A stretch of 64,000 nucleotides of DNA from Candidatus Poribacteria bacterium (GCA_965220325.1 OZ244821.1:1179428-1243427), one strand, 5' to 3'; counted from the stretch's first letter, positions 45,615 through 56,283 are shown. The notes: generated by a model from the letters alone, not told the origin. Translations and numbers: made by a program.

Positions 45615-46448
45615 CTATTGAAGTTTGTACGCTGCCTTGGCGTTCTGCCAGAAAAACTTCGCCTTGACGGCATCGCCTTTCGCGCTGAAATAGCCGTCCA
45701 CGATCTGTTGCACGACTTTGTACGGTGCGAAACGTTCCGACACGGGCCAGTTGCTCCCGTAGATAAGCCGATCCTCGCCAAACGCATCCCATAGGACATC
45801 AATCGTTGGCGTGTAATAGGCGACATCCGTCGGTGCAGGCGTTTGCCCGGTGTGTTCTGCCAATCCGGAAACCTTACAATAGATATTCGGATAGCGTGCC
45901 ACTTCATTGATAGCAGAAACCCACGCCGGATCCGGCGGATCTTCTGATATGCGCGCACCGGCAATATGATTGATAACGATACGCATCTCCGGTGTATGTT
46001 CAACCAGTGTCGGTAGAATCGATAACGCGTCAGGGTTAATCAGGAGGTCTAAGGTGAGTTCTTTCGCCGCCAGTCTTTCGATATTTGCCATGAAGGTCGT
46101 GTTGCCGATGGCGCGTAGATGTCCGCTGCCGAGGCGTATCCCGCAGAAGAGTGGATTCGCGGCGAAACGGTTCAGGTGCTTTCCAAAATCCACGTCGTCG
46201 GGTTCTAAATGTCCAACGAACCCGACAATAAACGGTTCGTCTGCGGCGAGGTCGAGAATCCACTGGTTATCTTCAAGCCACTTGCTCGCTTCAACGACGA
46301 CAGTACCCGTCGCGCCTTCAGGGACCGCGAGAGCCTTGTAGTCATCCGGCATAACCCGTCGATAGAGCACCTCATCATTAGGGTTCGGCCACGGAACACC
46401 TTCCGGGCGCGTGGGATCGTAGAAATGCGTATGTGTATCAATAATCAT
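45615..46448 (-). CDS. amidohydrolase-2 family metal-dependent hydrolase (TIM barrel)
   Basis: MIIDTHTHFYDP... N-terminal metal-binding HxH and conserved C-terminal Asp region. Confidence 0.75.
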   Translation of the reverse strand: MIIDTHTHFYDPTRPEGVPWPNPNDEVLYRRVMPDDYKALAVPEGATGTVVVEASKWLEDNQWILDLAADEPFIVGFVGHLEPDDVDFGKHLNRFAANPLFCGIRLGSGHLRAIGNTTFMANIERLAAKELTLDLLINPDALSILPTLVEHTPEMRIVINHIAGARISEDPPDPAWVSAINEVARYPNIYCKVSGLAEHTGQTPAPTDVAYYTPTIDVLWDAFGEDRLIYGSNWPVSERFAPYKVVQQIVDGYFSAKGDAVKAKFFWQNAKAAYKLQ

Positions 46449-46521
46449 TTTTCTCTATGCCTCTTGCTATGCTCAGCATGTTGTGCTGAGCATCGGTTTC
46501 TGATTAAGTTGGAATGTATCC

Positions 46522-47367
46522 ATGAATAAGTACGTTCTCTCTCTTTTTAAATTCAGGCATTTTACCATAATGCTAACAGTGCTTTTAGCAAGCAGTCTGT
46601 TTGGATGTCCGTCTCCTGACTCGGTACAGCAGGAGAAGCGTGAGCTGCAACGTGATGCGTTAAAACTGAGGATGGGACAGGCACTCAACCCGACGGATGC
46701 GGAAGGACATCTTCAACTCGGAAAAACCTATCGCGAATTAGGTGAACATGAGAAAGCGATAGAATCTTTTCAACATGCCCTCGCACTTGATGCCGAAAAT
46801 GCGCATGTCTATAACAATTTCGGTCTCGTTTACATGGATACCCGTCTGTTTATCCTCGCGATTGAAATGTTCCAAGCTGCGTTGGAGTTGTCCCCCGAAA
46901 ATCCTGCGTTCCTGAACAATCTCGGTTATGCGTACAATATGACCGACCGGTTTGAAGAAGCACTCACTGCTTACCGCAGCGCCATTGCGTCGGATCCGAC
47001 TTTCATTGACGCCTATTACAACCTCGCCGATACCTACCTCAACCGCGAGATGTATCCAGAGGCTGTTCAGTATTATGAGGCAGCCCTCGAGATGGAAGAA
47101 GGCGATGCCGACGCTGATGTCTATTTTAACGCCGGACTCGCTTATGAGAAAAACGGACAGTTCCTGCCCGCCATCCAATCCTACGAAAAAGGGGTATCAA
47201 TTGATGATGGCGATGCGGAGGCGTATTACCGTCTCGCCCAGACGTACAAGAAAAACGGCGATCCGCTTATGATGCGTCGCTATCTGGAGACGTTTTTAGA
47301 TCGGGCGCGGGGAGCTCCGCATCTTGAAAAAGAGATCCACGAGGCGGAGCAGCTGTTCGACAAATAG
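46522..47367 (+). CDS. TPR-repeat lipoprotein
   Basis: Lipobox LFGC after the signal peptide. At least 6 TPRs (AHVYNNFGLVY, PAFLNNLGYAY, IDAYYNLADTY...). Confidence 0.65.
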   Translation: MNKYVLSLFKFRHFTIMLTVLLASSLFGCPSPDSVQQEKRELQRDALKLRMGQALNPTDAEGHLQLGKTYRELGEHEKAIESFQHALALDAENAHVYNNFGLVYMDTRLFILAIEMFQAALELSPENPAFLNNLGYAYNMTDRFEEALTAYRSAIASDPTFIDAYYNLADTYLNREMYPEAVQYYEAALEMEEGDADADVYFNAGLAYEKNGQFLPAIQSYEKGVSIDDGDAEAYYRLAQTYKKNGDPLMMRRYLETFLDRARGAPHLEKEIHEAEQLFDK

Positions 47368-47385
47368 CGTGCTATTGTCACTGGC

Positions 47386-48696
47386 TCAAGGCTGTCTTAA
47401 GATCAGCAGAAATTCTGATTTCATCCCGTCCGGATTCTTATTCCTCCGAGCACCGAATAGTTTCCTTGTTTTAATCCTATCCTCATAGACTTTTTCAAAC
47501 GTCCATCCGCGTTCCGTGAAATACTCCGCCAGTATCCGCCACAATTCGACCGTTATACCGTCAATTCGAGGGTTACCAACGAAGATACACGCTGCAGCGT
47601 TCGGTTTCAGTTGCTTCATTGCGTTCTCAAGTGCGTTGACCGTATGACAAAAATAGGAATCGAGCCGTTTTCGGAGGTCGTCTCGGGTGAGCATCTCTCG
47701 GACGTTAGCCAACGTTTGGGTCTGAACGATCCGATCTGTCTTCCGATACGGGATTTCAAGCCGTGATAGTTCTCGGATCTCTTCCTCCGTGTGTCCTAAC
47801 CAGAACAGTTCCATTTTCGTTGAACGGATATACTCCTGCGCTTGGAGGTATGGTGGTGATGTTATGAGCGCGTCGCATTCTCTCGGCACCGTAATATAAG
47901 ACGAATCCACACCCCCTTGCCACTGTATTTCAGGCGTCCGATCGTTGTGATGCGCCTGTGTGTACACAACGAAATCGTTAAGACTTCTTAACGTCTTGAG
48001 CGAGAGCGTGTCAACCATCTCATCTAACTGCGCTCTCCAATTCTCCTTAAGCAGTTCCGCTATGGCACTCAACTTCCGTTTCGATCTCGCAAGTTTAGGG
48101 GTCCTATCTTCTGTGTTAGAGAAACGTTTGCTTGCCTTCAACAGTGCAGCCTTAATAATGGAAGAAAAGACATCGTCGTCCGCCTGATGGATAAATCCCC
48201 AGTAGTATGATAAGACCTCTAACATTTCCGGTGCGTACCAATAATCAACGTTTGACCAATCGGGTATGAACCGGTGTTTACTCGCTCGCATGCCCTCCAA
48301 AAGTTTATGCAAATCTGCTTCGTGCAGTCTCCCTTTACCGCGGTAAACCTTGAGCGGCATAATGTGATTCAGGAGAAGGTTAAGATCAAGTAACACAGCA
48401 TTGCGTTTGCACAAATACGCCTCAACACCAACCGTTCCTGAACCTGCAAACGGATCTATAATCCAATCCCGTTCCTTTGTGTAGGTATTAATCGCGTAGC
48501 GGACGATTTGTGGGATGAATTTCGCAGGATAGGCATAGATAGCGTGTGTCAAGTAGCCAGTATCGTCGATTTCAGGAACGAGATCGCGAAAGGAGACCCA
48601 TTCGACCCCATCAGATGCCGTTTTCTCTGCCGGTGTTTCAAACTCGGTGTCTATCGAAAAAAGCGTGAACTGTTCTTCCAGATTTCGGTTTTGCAT
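47386..48696 (-). CDS. DNA N6-adenine/N4-cytosine methyltransferase, motif order I then IV (alpha-class), apparently orphan
   Basis: YPAKFIPQIVRYAI...WIIDPFAGSGTVGVEAY (AdoMet motif I) at about residue 90, and ALITSPPYLQ (catalytic motif IV) at about residue 275. No adjacent nuclease gene. Confidence 0.65.
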   Translation of the reverse strand: MQNRNLEEQFTLFSIDTEFETPAEKTASDGVEWVSFRDLVPEIDDTGYLTHAIYAYPAKFIPQIVRYAINTYTKERDWIIDPFAGSGTVGVEAYLCKRNAVLLDLNLLLNHIMPLKVYRGKGRLHEADLHKLLEGMRASKHRFIPDWSNVDYWYAPEMLEVLSYYWGFIHQADDDVFSSIIKAALLKASKRFSNTEDRTPKLARSKRKLSAIAELLKENWRAQLDEMVDTLSLKTLRSLNDFVVYTQAHHNDRTPEIQWQGGVDSSYITVPRECDALITSPPYLQAQEYIRSTKMELFWLGHTEEEIRELSRLEIPYRKTDRIVQTQTLANVREMLTRDDLRKRLDSYFCHTVNALENAMKQLKPNAAACIFVGNPRIDGITVELWRILAEYFTERGWTFEKVYEDRIKTRKLFGARRNKNPDGMKSEFLLILRQP

Positions 48697-48735
48697 AGAT
48701 CTCTACGAGGTTTGTAGAGCAAGTTTGACCAAAGG

Positions 48736-49944
48736 TTATTGTTGTTCCTCTTCAACTTCTACTGCGTTTTCTATCTCTTCCTCTGTGAGTTGGAAGTCAA
48801 ACACCGCTTCTCCTTCATCGACCTGTTCTGTTTCCGGTGTAGCAGCCCCTTGGCGTTGCTCTGTGGGTTGTGTAGTCTCCTGTACGGCGACATCTGTCGT
48901 TTCAAGTTTCTTTGAAGTGCCACCGAGGATCGTCAAAGCCACAATCCCGACGACGCAGACACTCGTGACCGTCAGCGCGATAGGACGTTTCCAGAGGACA
49001 GTGCGTTCGCTTCTGTCTAAGAACGGGAGGAAGAGGAGTAGCAACATGCCAACCGTCGGAATCACAAACGTCCCGAGGATTTCAAAGGGACCTTGGAAAT
49101 ATTTCAGCAGCTGGAACAGGAACAGGAAATACCATTCCGGGCGCGGATCGTAGTCGGCGTTCGTCGGATCGGCGACATCTTCGAGCGGGACAGGAACGAA
49201 CAGTGCAACCGCAGCGAGGGCAACGAACAGGATGAGCATACCGACGACATCTTCAAATACCTGATCCGGATAGAACGGTTTGCCGGTTTTCATCTCCTCT
49301 GGTGTGTTCTGTGGTTTACCTGAAGACCCGTAATATCGGACGAAGAAGAGGTGCACACCGACCAGTCCGAAGGCTAACCACGGCAACCAGATGGTGTGGA
49401 GCGCATAAAACCGCGACAGCGTCACCGCACCGATCTCTGTACCGCCGCGCATCACCTTCGCCACGAAGTCGCCTAATCCGGGCGCGGTGCTGGCGATTTC
49501 TACACCGACAACCGTTGCCCAATACGCCTTCTCATCCCACGGAAGCAGATAGCCTGTAAACCCGAAACCCAGGACAACCAATAGGAGAAGAACGCCGAAT
49601 ATCCACGTCAGTTCCCGCGGTGCTTTGTATGAGCTGTAGAGGACGACGCGCAGCAGATGCAGGACAACGATGATGACCATCGCACTCGCACCCCAGTGGT
49701 GTAAACCGCGCACAAACGCACCGAACGGGACCTCTGTGCTAATGTAGGTTACCGCGTTATGCGCGTGTTCTGGGGAAGGCGAATAGTAGAATGCCAGAAA
49801 CGCACCTGTTACGGCTTGTAATATAAGCAGAAACATCGCTAAGCTGCCGAGTGAGAAAAGCAAGTTGATGTGTTTCGGCAGTGGTTTGCGTAAATGCGCG
49901 GAAAACTCCGTTAATGGGAGACGTTCGTTGAGAAATTGTCGCAT
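48736..49944 (-). CDS. cytochrome b subunit of a cytochrome bc-type complex
   Basis: HHWGASAMVIIVVLHLLRV...YKAPRELTWIFGV...GYLLPWDEKAYWATVV is a cytochrome b heme-ligand pattern. Confidence 0.8.
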   Translation of the reverse strand: MRQFLNERLPLTEFSAHLRKPLPKHINLLFSLGSLAMFLLILQAVTGAFLAFYYSPSPEHAHNAVTYISTEVPFGAFVRGLHHWGASAMVIIVVLHLLRVVLYSSYKAPRELTWIFGVLLLLVVLGFGFTGYLLPWDEKAYWATVVGVEIASTAPGLGDFVAKVMRGGTEIGAVTLSRFYALHTIWLPWLAFGLVGVHLFFVRYYGSSGKPQNTPEEMKTGKPFYPDQVFEDVVGMLILFVALAAVALFVPVPLEDVADPTNADYDPRPEWYFLFLFQLLKYFQGPFEILGTFVIPTVGMLLLLFLPFLDRSERTVLWKRPIALTVTSVCVVGIVALTILGGTSKKLETTDVAVQETTQPTEQRQGAATPETEQVDEGEAVFDFQLTEEEIENAVEVEEEQQ

Positions 49945-50412
49945 CTACGTCTCCTTTACGTATAGGATACCTGCTTCGACTTTAGTTTCCAGTTTCTGCA
50001 AGGGTTCCGGCGGTGGACCGGCAATAACGGCACCCGTCTTATCGAATATCGCACCGTGGCACGGGCAGAGGAACGATTCCTGTTTTTCATCCCACCGGAC
50101 GAGGCAGCCGAGGTGTGAACATATCCGAGAAAAGACACTCCATTCCCCGTTACCGACATCGGTTACGTAAACGGAACGTTTTTTTCTCGCCTGAACCCAA
50201 CCGTCTTTAGCGGTGAAGGTATAATCCACTTTTTTAAATCGACTGTTTTTAAGCCGGTCTGCAAGCCCCAAATCGACCCATTTCGATTCCGCTTTTTTGA
50301 AGGCGGGTGAAATTGCGAAGCCGATCAGCGGAATACCGGCAGCGAGACTTATAATCCCACCAATAAACGCCGTTATAATTTCCAAAAATGAGCGTCTACC
50401 CCTCTTTTCCAT
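49945..50412 (-). CDS. Rieske [2Fe-2S] protein
   Basis: CSHLGCLV...CPCHGAIF Rieske boxes. N-terminal TM anchor. Abuts the cytochrome b gene. Confidence 0.8.
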   Translation of the reverse strand: MEKRGRRSFLEIITAFIGGIISLAAGIPLIGFAISPAFKKAESKWVDLGLADRLKNSRFKKVDYTFTAKDGWVQARKKRSVYVTDVGNGEWSVFSRICSHLGCLVRWDEKQESFLCPCHGAIFDKTGAVIAGPPPEPLQKLETKVEAGILYVKET

Positions 50413-50429
50413 CCGTTCCCTCCTTTAAA

Positions 50430-51494
50430 TCATCTCTTCCGTGTCTGCCCTTCAAAGGGTGTGCGGAGGTCGTAACGTCCCTCTTCCAGAACCGGTAGCG
50501 TGCCGTCATTGACCATGAGTTCGAGCGGCAATTCTTTGGTTTCCATCGGCATCGTGACGACGTTCTTGATCCGCAGAGACTCATAGATAGCCAGCATAAT
50601 TTCGAGGGTGTAGCGGGCTTGAACGCCACTGCCGCGGTGATCGGAGATGTCGCCTTCAATCCACTCGATTAACTCTTGGAATTGGTTCTTCGGCTCTGGT
50701 GGCGGTGTGATGGTTTGCCATCCCTGCGCGTCTCCGTTTTGAAGGAGAAGTGTTCCATCGGGTCCGTTGCGAATTTGCCCTTCTGTGCCAGCGATTTTCG
50801 GCATTGAGACGGGTGGTTCGGGGAGATCACCTTCGTAGATGCCGCGGGCGCCACCTTCAAAGCAGACTAACCCCATACAGAGGTCTTCACAGATCGTGCG
50901 GCGCTCCCAGCGGTCAGTCGTACGCGATGTCTGTCCAATCACCCACAAAGTTTCCGGATCAGACAACGTGAAACGCCATCCGTCAATTGCGTGTGTGCCT
51001 GTATTCAACAGTCCAGCGTGCTGTTTTGCTCTGTGGTGGAGCGTTGTCGGTTCCCCGATCGCTCCTGCAGCGACGAGTCTACGTGCCTCTATATTTGCCG
51101 CGGAATACCTACCTTGGTGACCGATGATAAGTTTGACATCGTTCGCTTCGCAAGCCTCAAGCATAGCGTCGGCTTGTCCGAGTGAGGCAGCCATCGGTTT
51201 CTCACCGATAATCCCTTTCACACCTGCCTTCGCCGCTGCGACGGTGGCTTCCGCCCGCGGTCCCTGCCATGTTGTGATACTGACGATGTCCAAATCCTCT
51301 TTTGCCAACATGTCTTCAACATCGGTGTAGGTAGCGGGGACATCGTACTCGTCCGAGACCCGTTTCGCCGCTTCTTCGTAGATGTCCATCGCTGCGACGA
51401 CTTCTGCCCTGGCGTTATTTCCCCACGCTCTGGAGTGGGACCTACCCATCCCACCGCAACCGATGATCCCGACGCGATATGTCTGATTTGCCAT
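50430..51494 (-). CDS. Gfo/Idh/MocA family oxidoreductase
   Basis: GIIGCGGMGRSH Rossmann fold and GEKPMAASLGQADAML motif. Confidence 0.8.
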   Translation of the reverse strand: MANQTYRVGIIGCGGMGRSHSRAWGNNARAEVVAAMDIYEEAAKRVSDEYDVPATYTDVEDMLAKEDLDIVSITTWQGPRAEATVAAAKAGVKGIIGEKPMAASLGQADAMLEACEANDVKLIIGHQGRYSAANIEARRLVAAGAIGEPTTLHHRAKQHAGLLNTGTHAIDGWRFTLSDPETLWVIGQTSRTTDRWERRTICEDLCMGLVCFEGGARGIYEGDLPEPPVSMPKIAGTEGQIRNGPDGTLLLQNGDAQGWQTITPPPEPKNQFQELIEWIEGDISDHRGSGVQARYTLEIMLAIYESLRIKNVVTMPMETKELPLELMVNDGTLPVLEEGRYDLRTPFEGQTRKR

Positions 51495-51685
51495 CTGTGT
51501 GCCTCCTTATTTTTGCATCCAAGAAACTCCTAAAACCGTGTTGACCATTTTATCATCTCACCGTATTTTTGTCAAATTTTCTCGCAATGCTTTATATCGT
51601 TTTCCTTGACAAACCTTCAAAAACATTGCAAACTATAGAAAGCAGTATAAACTTGTAGACTACATCAAAAGAGAGGCATTTTAAG

Positions 51686-52783
51686 ATGGCTGGTTATGAA
51701 GATAAAGGTTCACAGATTCGGGTAACAAACCTTGAGGCTTACCCGATGGGTGTGAAGGCGTACGTCAAAATTGAAACGAACATGGACGTTACGGGTTGGG
51801 GCGAGATCAACAATATGGAGACCACTGTCACCTGTGCGTTGGCGCGTTCCTTATCCGAGATGATCATCGGAGAAAACCCGACACGGATTGAGCATCACTG
51901 GCAGCGACTGTTCCGGGCACATCGCAATATCCGAGGCGGCGGATTGATGGTGCATACCATCTCCGCAATTGATATGGCACTCTGGGATATTACGGGGAAA
52001 CTCTGGGGTGTACCGGTGTACCGGCTCCTCGGGGGTCCTTGTCGCGATAAAATCTGGAAATATCCGAGTCCAAAGGCGATAAAAACGGGACCCGGCGGTT
52101 CTAAACCGTTTGCGGGTACCCCTGATGAGATCGCTGACATGGTTAAACGTGTGCATGATGCGCGAGAGAAGGTCGGTTCCGATGGTGCCGTGATGTTTGA
52201 TGCACATAGTTGTTTACCACCGCCTATCGTCAAACAATTTGCGAGTTACTTGAAGCCTGATGATTTACTTTTCCTTGAGGAGGCGTGGGTGCCGGGCAAT
52301 ATTGAGGTGATGCGGAAAATCCGAGAATCCGTCCCTGTCCCGCTGGCGACAGGAGAACGCGATCGTACAATATGGGAAGTCCGCGAAATCCTTGAGGCGC
52401 AGGTAATTGACATCCTGCAACCCGATGTTGGACACGGTGGCGGTATTACACAGGTCAAGAAAGTCGCAGCACTCGCGGAAGCGCATCACGTCCCGATCGC
52501 ACCGCACTGTACGATGTCCTACCTCGGTCTCACTGCGAGTTTTCATTTATCGGCTGCCGTGCCGTTTTTCCTTATCCATGAGGGCTATGAGAACGTCCTT
52601 CCGGCAGGTGTTGCCCGCAAGGCGTGGGAGATGGACGAAGAAGGGTACGTTTCACTACCTGAGGGACCCGGTTTAGGTGTTGAGGTGGATGAGGCAAAAG
52701 TTATTGAAGTTGGACAGGATGAGCGGAGACGCTTCACCTGGCCGAATAGCCGATTGGTAGACGGTTCTATTGCTGATTATTAG
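51686..52783 (+). CDS. enolase-superfamily MR/MLE sugar-acid dehydratase (D-galactonate/L-fuconate dehydratase-like)
   Basis: MR/MLE N-terminal domain. DILQPDVGHGGGITQVKKVAALAEAHHVPIAPHC at the C-terminus. Divergent from the Gfo gene. Confidence 0.8.
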   Translation: MAGYEDKGSQIRVTNLEAYPMGVKAYVKIETNMDVTGWGEINNMETTVTCALARSLSEMIIGENPTRIEHHWQRLFRAHRNIRGGGLMVHTISAIDMALWDITGKLWGVPVYRLLGGPCRDKIWKYPSPKAIKTGPGGSKPFAGTPDEIADMVKRVHDAREKVGSDGAVMFDAHSCLPPPIVKQFASYLKPDDLLFLEEAWVPGNIEVMRKIRESVPVPLATGERDRTIWEVREILEAQVIDILQPDVGHGGGITQVKKVAALAEAHHVPIAPHCTMSYLGLTASFHLSAAVPFFLIHEGYENVLPAGVARKAWEMDEEGYVSLPEGPGLGVEVDEAKVIEVGQDERRRFTWPNSRLVDGSIADY

Positions 52784-52954
52784 TCCAACACATCAGTATG
52801 AGCATTATATAGGCGCGCCTTAGCAGCGCGCCTAAATCTGAAGTTAGACTGGATCTCGTTAGCAGCACTGTAATAAGGCACTAACGATTTCTTCTTTCTC
52901 AGATACAGTGATTTTCACAGTATGTCCCACCAATGCTGCTGATCCTGTGCGTCA

Positions 52955-54166
52955 CTAAAGTGATTCAAGGAAGGCAATAACGGCTTGTTGTTTCTCTACA
53001 GACAGGTTGAAGAACTTTTCCTTAGCATTCTGTGCCTCGCCACCGTGGGCTCGAATCGCACCTTCAAGTGTTGTTGCGCGACCGTCATGAAGGAAAAACG
53101 GTGTACCCCCGAGAAATTCCGCAACCAAACGTGTGCCCCAAAGTGGAGCAGTCCGCCATTCTGTTCCTGTCGCTTCACCATCAGGACGGTTATCTGCTAA
53201 TTCTTCACCCATATCATGCAAAAGGAAATCGGAGTAAACGTGGACATCTACCCTGTTCAAAGCATCAATAGGAGACGGTCCCGTCTGCATCGTCGGGACG
53301 TGGCAGGAGGCACACCCAATCCGGTTGAAAATCGCATCGCCCCTTTTGACTTCCCCCGTTATCTCACCACGTGGCGGCGGAGAAAGCAACCGCATGAAAA
53401 CGACGATATCCATAACCGTTGATCTTTCAATCTCTGGGTCAGGAACAGTGTCCCCAGTATTGGAAGGTTCCTCTTGTAGAAAACTGCTGGTAACACCCAT
53501 ATCTTGTTGGAATGCCATTGCGGTCTGTTGTACCAACGATGAAACGGATGCCTTGCGTCCAAACCTTCCAAGCTGCTCACCCGGTCCGCCGCCAATCTCC
53601 GTAGTTGGTACAAAATCGGCGGCAGCGACCCAGTGCGGTCTGCCAGAAATACCGTCGCCATCGGCATCGTCTTCATCGGCGTAGGATAATATGGTTTCAA
53701 CCGATATATTTTCGATAAGTCCCATTCCGAAAACGGGGGGCGGGAGTCGTGTGGATTTATCCACACCCACCGGAAGTGTCTCGTAAGACACACCTGGGAT
53801 GACTTTGTCTTGAAGCTGGGGACCTCCCATATCAAGCATCAGATTATGTCCCATACTAAATCGGATGAGCGATAGGTCCGGCATACCACGCCCATTTCCA
53901 GGGTGGCAACTTACACACGCCGCCTGATTAAAAATGGGACCTAAACCTTCTTCTACTGTGAAGACTTTCATGAATGCTTCCTCACCTCGTGTGAATGTGG
54001 CACTCAGGTCAGAAGGCAACATTTCAAAAGGGGTCTCAAAATTACCAAGCGCAGGTTCAACATTATCGGCTTTGGGTATTATTAATTTAGTCCTGCCGTC
54101 ACAACCATTCATAGATACGAGAACAATCAAAACAATAAAAAAAATGCAAGATATTTCCAATTTCAA
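52955..54166 (-). CDS. di-heme c-type cytochrome, DUF1111 family (putative thiol oxidoreductase/peroxidase)
   Basis: Two CxxCH motifs (AACVSCH, GCASCH). C-terminal FLHDGRATTLEGAIRAHGGEA is typical of DUF1111. Confidence 0.6.
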   Translation of the reverse strand: MKLEISCIFFIVLIVLVSMNGCDGRTKLIIPKADNVEPALGNFETPFEMLPSDLSATFTRGEEAFMKVFTVEEGLGPIFNQAACVSCHPGNGRGMPDLSLIRFSMGHNLMLDMGGPQLQDKVIPGVSYETLPVGVDKSTRLPPPVFGMGLIENISVETILSYADEDDADGDGISGRPHWVAAADFVPTTEIGGGPGEQLGRFGRKASVSSLVQQTAMAFQQDMGVTSSFLQEEPSNTGDTVPDPEIERSTVMDIVVFMRLLSPPPRGEITGEVKRGDAIFNRIGCASCHVPTMQTGPSPIDALNRVDVHVYSDFLLHDMGEELADNRPDGEATGTEWRTAPLWGTRLVAEFLGGTPFFLHDGRATTLEGAIRAHGGEAQNAKEKFFNLSVEKQQAVIAFLESL

Positions 54167-54504
54167 CTCCTTGTAGATGCAGTTAGATCAATATATCGTA
54201 GATTTTAGAATGATTTAGACACTCTCAACGCACAAGCAACCGCCTAAACCCTCACCCTATATCTTCCATTACCTAAGGAGTAGCGAATTAACCCCTAAAT
54301 CCGCCACTCCTTATCCCCAACGTCCCATCCCCTATCACGGGTTAGGCGACTTTGGAGGCTTCACGAAGAGACAGAACGACCCGGAAGGAACTGCTTAATG
54401 TAATTCACCATATTTGATACTGAAGATCGCCTACAGAAAACAAGTCTATTGAGAAAGCGACCCTCCGAGTGTCTAATTTCTACAATAAATCTAAAATTTT
54501 GGGG

Positions 54505-55842
54505 TCATTTGTCATTGACATTCAGCGGTATCGGCTCCGTTTGTTTCATCGGTTTTGATAGCAGATGTGCCGGTGGCGATTCGCCCGTCAAAGTCTTGAG
54601 AAATTCGACCAAATCGTTTTGCTCCGCTTCACTGAGATTCAGCGGTGCTATCGGCAACGCAGCCATCCTAGGAAACGCCACAGTAGAACCTCCAGCATTC
54701 TTGAACGCAATCACAGACAAAAGCGTCGGAAACTCTCCCGTATGAAAATACGGTGCCGTCACGGCAACGTTGCGGAGGGGCGGTGTCCGGAACGCACCCT
54801 GGTCTTCAGACTTCGCTGCCATAACACCTAACATCTCTTCGGACCCCGACCGCCAATCGCTATAGATACCCGCACTGTTAAACATATTATTGAGAAGTTT
54901 CGGAATACCTTGGAAACGCCCCTTATCCTCTACAGGCCCCGATGGCACGCCGATATTATGGAAACCGTTGTCCGTAAACCTCGGTGTATTGTGGCAATCA
55001 ACGCATCCACCTTTGCCAATGAATAGCTTTAAGCCCCGCTTGGCTTCCGGGGAAATCGCAGACGCATCGCCTGCGACATACCTGTCAAACGGCGCATCCC
55101 GACTAATCAGAAGCCGTTGGTAGGCTTCAAAGGCTTTACCGATATTCGAGAAGATGGTGTTTATAGCAATCTGGTCTGCTTCGGACATGCCATCAAATGC
55201 CGGATCTCCGGGTTTGCCGTCATCGGGGAAGCGGGCTGTATCTTCGAGTTCAGGGAGCGGAGCAAAAACTGCTTCATATTCCGTTTTATAGTGTTGATGG
55301 ATAACATAGGCATACTGTGCACGGGTTCCCGCCATTTCATCTTCACCTTCAAGCGCAAATAACGCTTGGGCCCACATCGTTTCTGCCCTGCCGTCCCAAA
55401 GCTGCCATTCGTTATACGCAGCATTGAGCACAGTCGGTGTGTTTCTTGTCCCTCGTCCGGTCGCTAATGACGTTGATTCTATATCCGCAAAGGCATAAAA
55501 CGGCGAGTGGCAGGTCGAACATGCTATTGTGCTATGTTTGGAGAATCGAAAATCAAAGAAAAACGCCTGTCCCAACAGTGCCGCAGCTGGGTCATCAGCA
55601 AGACGATTCGTCGGATTTGCCGGCGGGACGGCAGGTAAAGGTGATAACCCCATGATAATGTCCCACTCAGCTTCGCTAAAGAAGTCGGGCGTTTCTGTCG
55701 GATGTTCAAGCGTAGTAAGTGTTTCCCCGACGCGTTCCCTATCACATCCTATGAAAAATAGGACAACATTACATAGAAAAAACATGAAAACCATTGAAAA
55801 TCTGTTGAAATCAGATACCATATATTTATTTCCTCCGCTCAC
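54505..55842 (-). CDS. di-heme cytochrome c peroxidase (CCP/MauG family)
   Basis: CSTCHSP and CVDCHNTPRFTDNGFHNIGVP heme motifs. RTPPLRNVAVTAPYFHTGEFPTL conserved CCP region. Confidence 0.8.
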   Translation of the reverse strand: MSGGNKYMVSDFNRFSMVFMFFLCNVVLFFIGCDRERVGETLTTLEHPTETPDFFSEAEWDIIMGLSPLPAVPPANPTNRLADDPAAALLGQAFFFDFRFSKHSTIACSTCHSPFYAFADIESTSLATGRGTRNTPTVLNAAYNEWQLWDGRAETMWAQALFALEGEDEMAGTRAQYAYVIHQHYKTEYEAVFAPLPELEDTARFPDDGKPGDPAFDGMSEADQIAINTIFSNIGKAFEAYQRLLISRDAPFDRYVAGDASAISPEAKRGLKLFIGKGGCVDCHNTPRFTDNGFHNIGVPSGPVEDKGRFQGIPKLLNNMFNSAGIYSDWRSGSEEMLGVMAAKSEDQGAFRTPPLRNVAVTAPYFHTGEFPTLLSVIAFKNAGGSTVAFPRMAALPIAPLNLSEAEQNDLVEFLKTLTGESPPAHLLSKPMKQTEPIPLNVNDK

Positions 55843-56139
55843 ATAATTTATTATTGAGCACTGTGTATCGTTGCCTTTAAGGTAACTGTAACAGATAACG
55901 GTAACTGTAACAGATAACGTGAATTTGATAAATACTTAGGGCAGCCGCATTTGCGCTTAAAGTCCTCCTGATAAGGGGATTTAGGGGGTGTTTTTGCTGG
56001 GGTGTTTCTTAAATCACTAAAACTGCCCTTCTTTTGCCCAATTTGCGCCTGTTCTGAATTCTAAGTTCGCGTTAACAGGTAAATGGGTTTTATGATGATA
56101 GAAGGTTTCCATCACAGCAAAAACACAATTCAGTTAATA

Positions 56140-56262
56140 TAATGATGTTAGGACAATTTTAAAAATTTATGTATTTTACAATAAATTGTCCCAACATCAG
56201 TAAATTATACTCTGCTTCAATTGATAAGTCAAATTAAATTTTCAGAAAATTACTTAACTTGT
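56140..56262 (-). promoter_or_regulatory. duplicated promoter-operator module: consensus sigma70 promoter (TTGACT-N17-TATAAT, minus strand) immediately followed by a 55-bp palindrome GATGTTGGGACAAT-N-ATTGTCCTAACATC
   Basis: Minus-strand reading TTGACTTATCAATTGAAGCAGAGTATAAT, with -10 at about 56204-56209 and -35 at about 56227-56232. About 90% identical to 60893-61022. Upstream of the CCP gene. Confidence 0.55.
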
Positions 56263-56283
56263 TAGGCTGTGAGCTTGGAAAGC

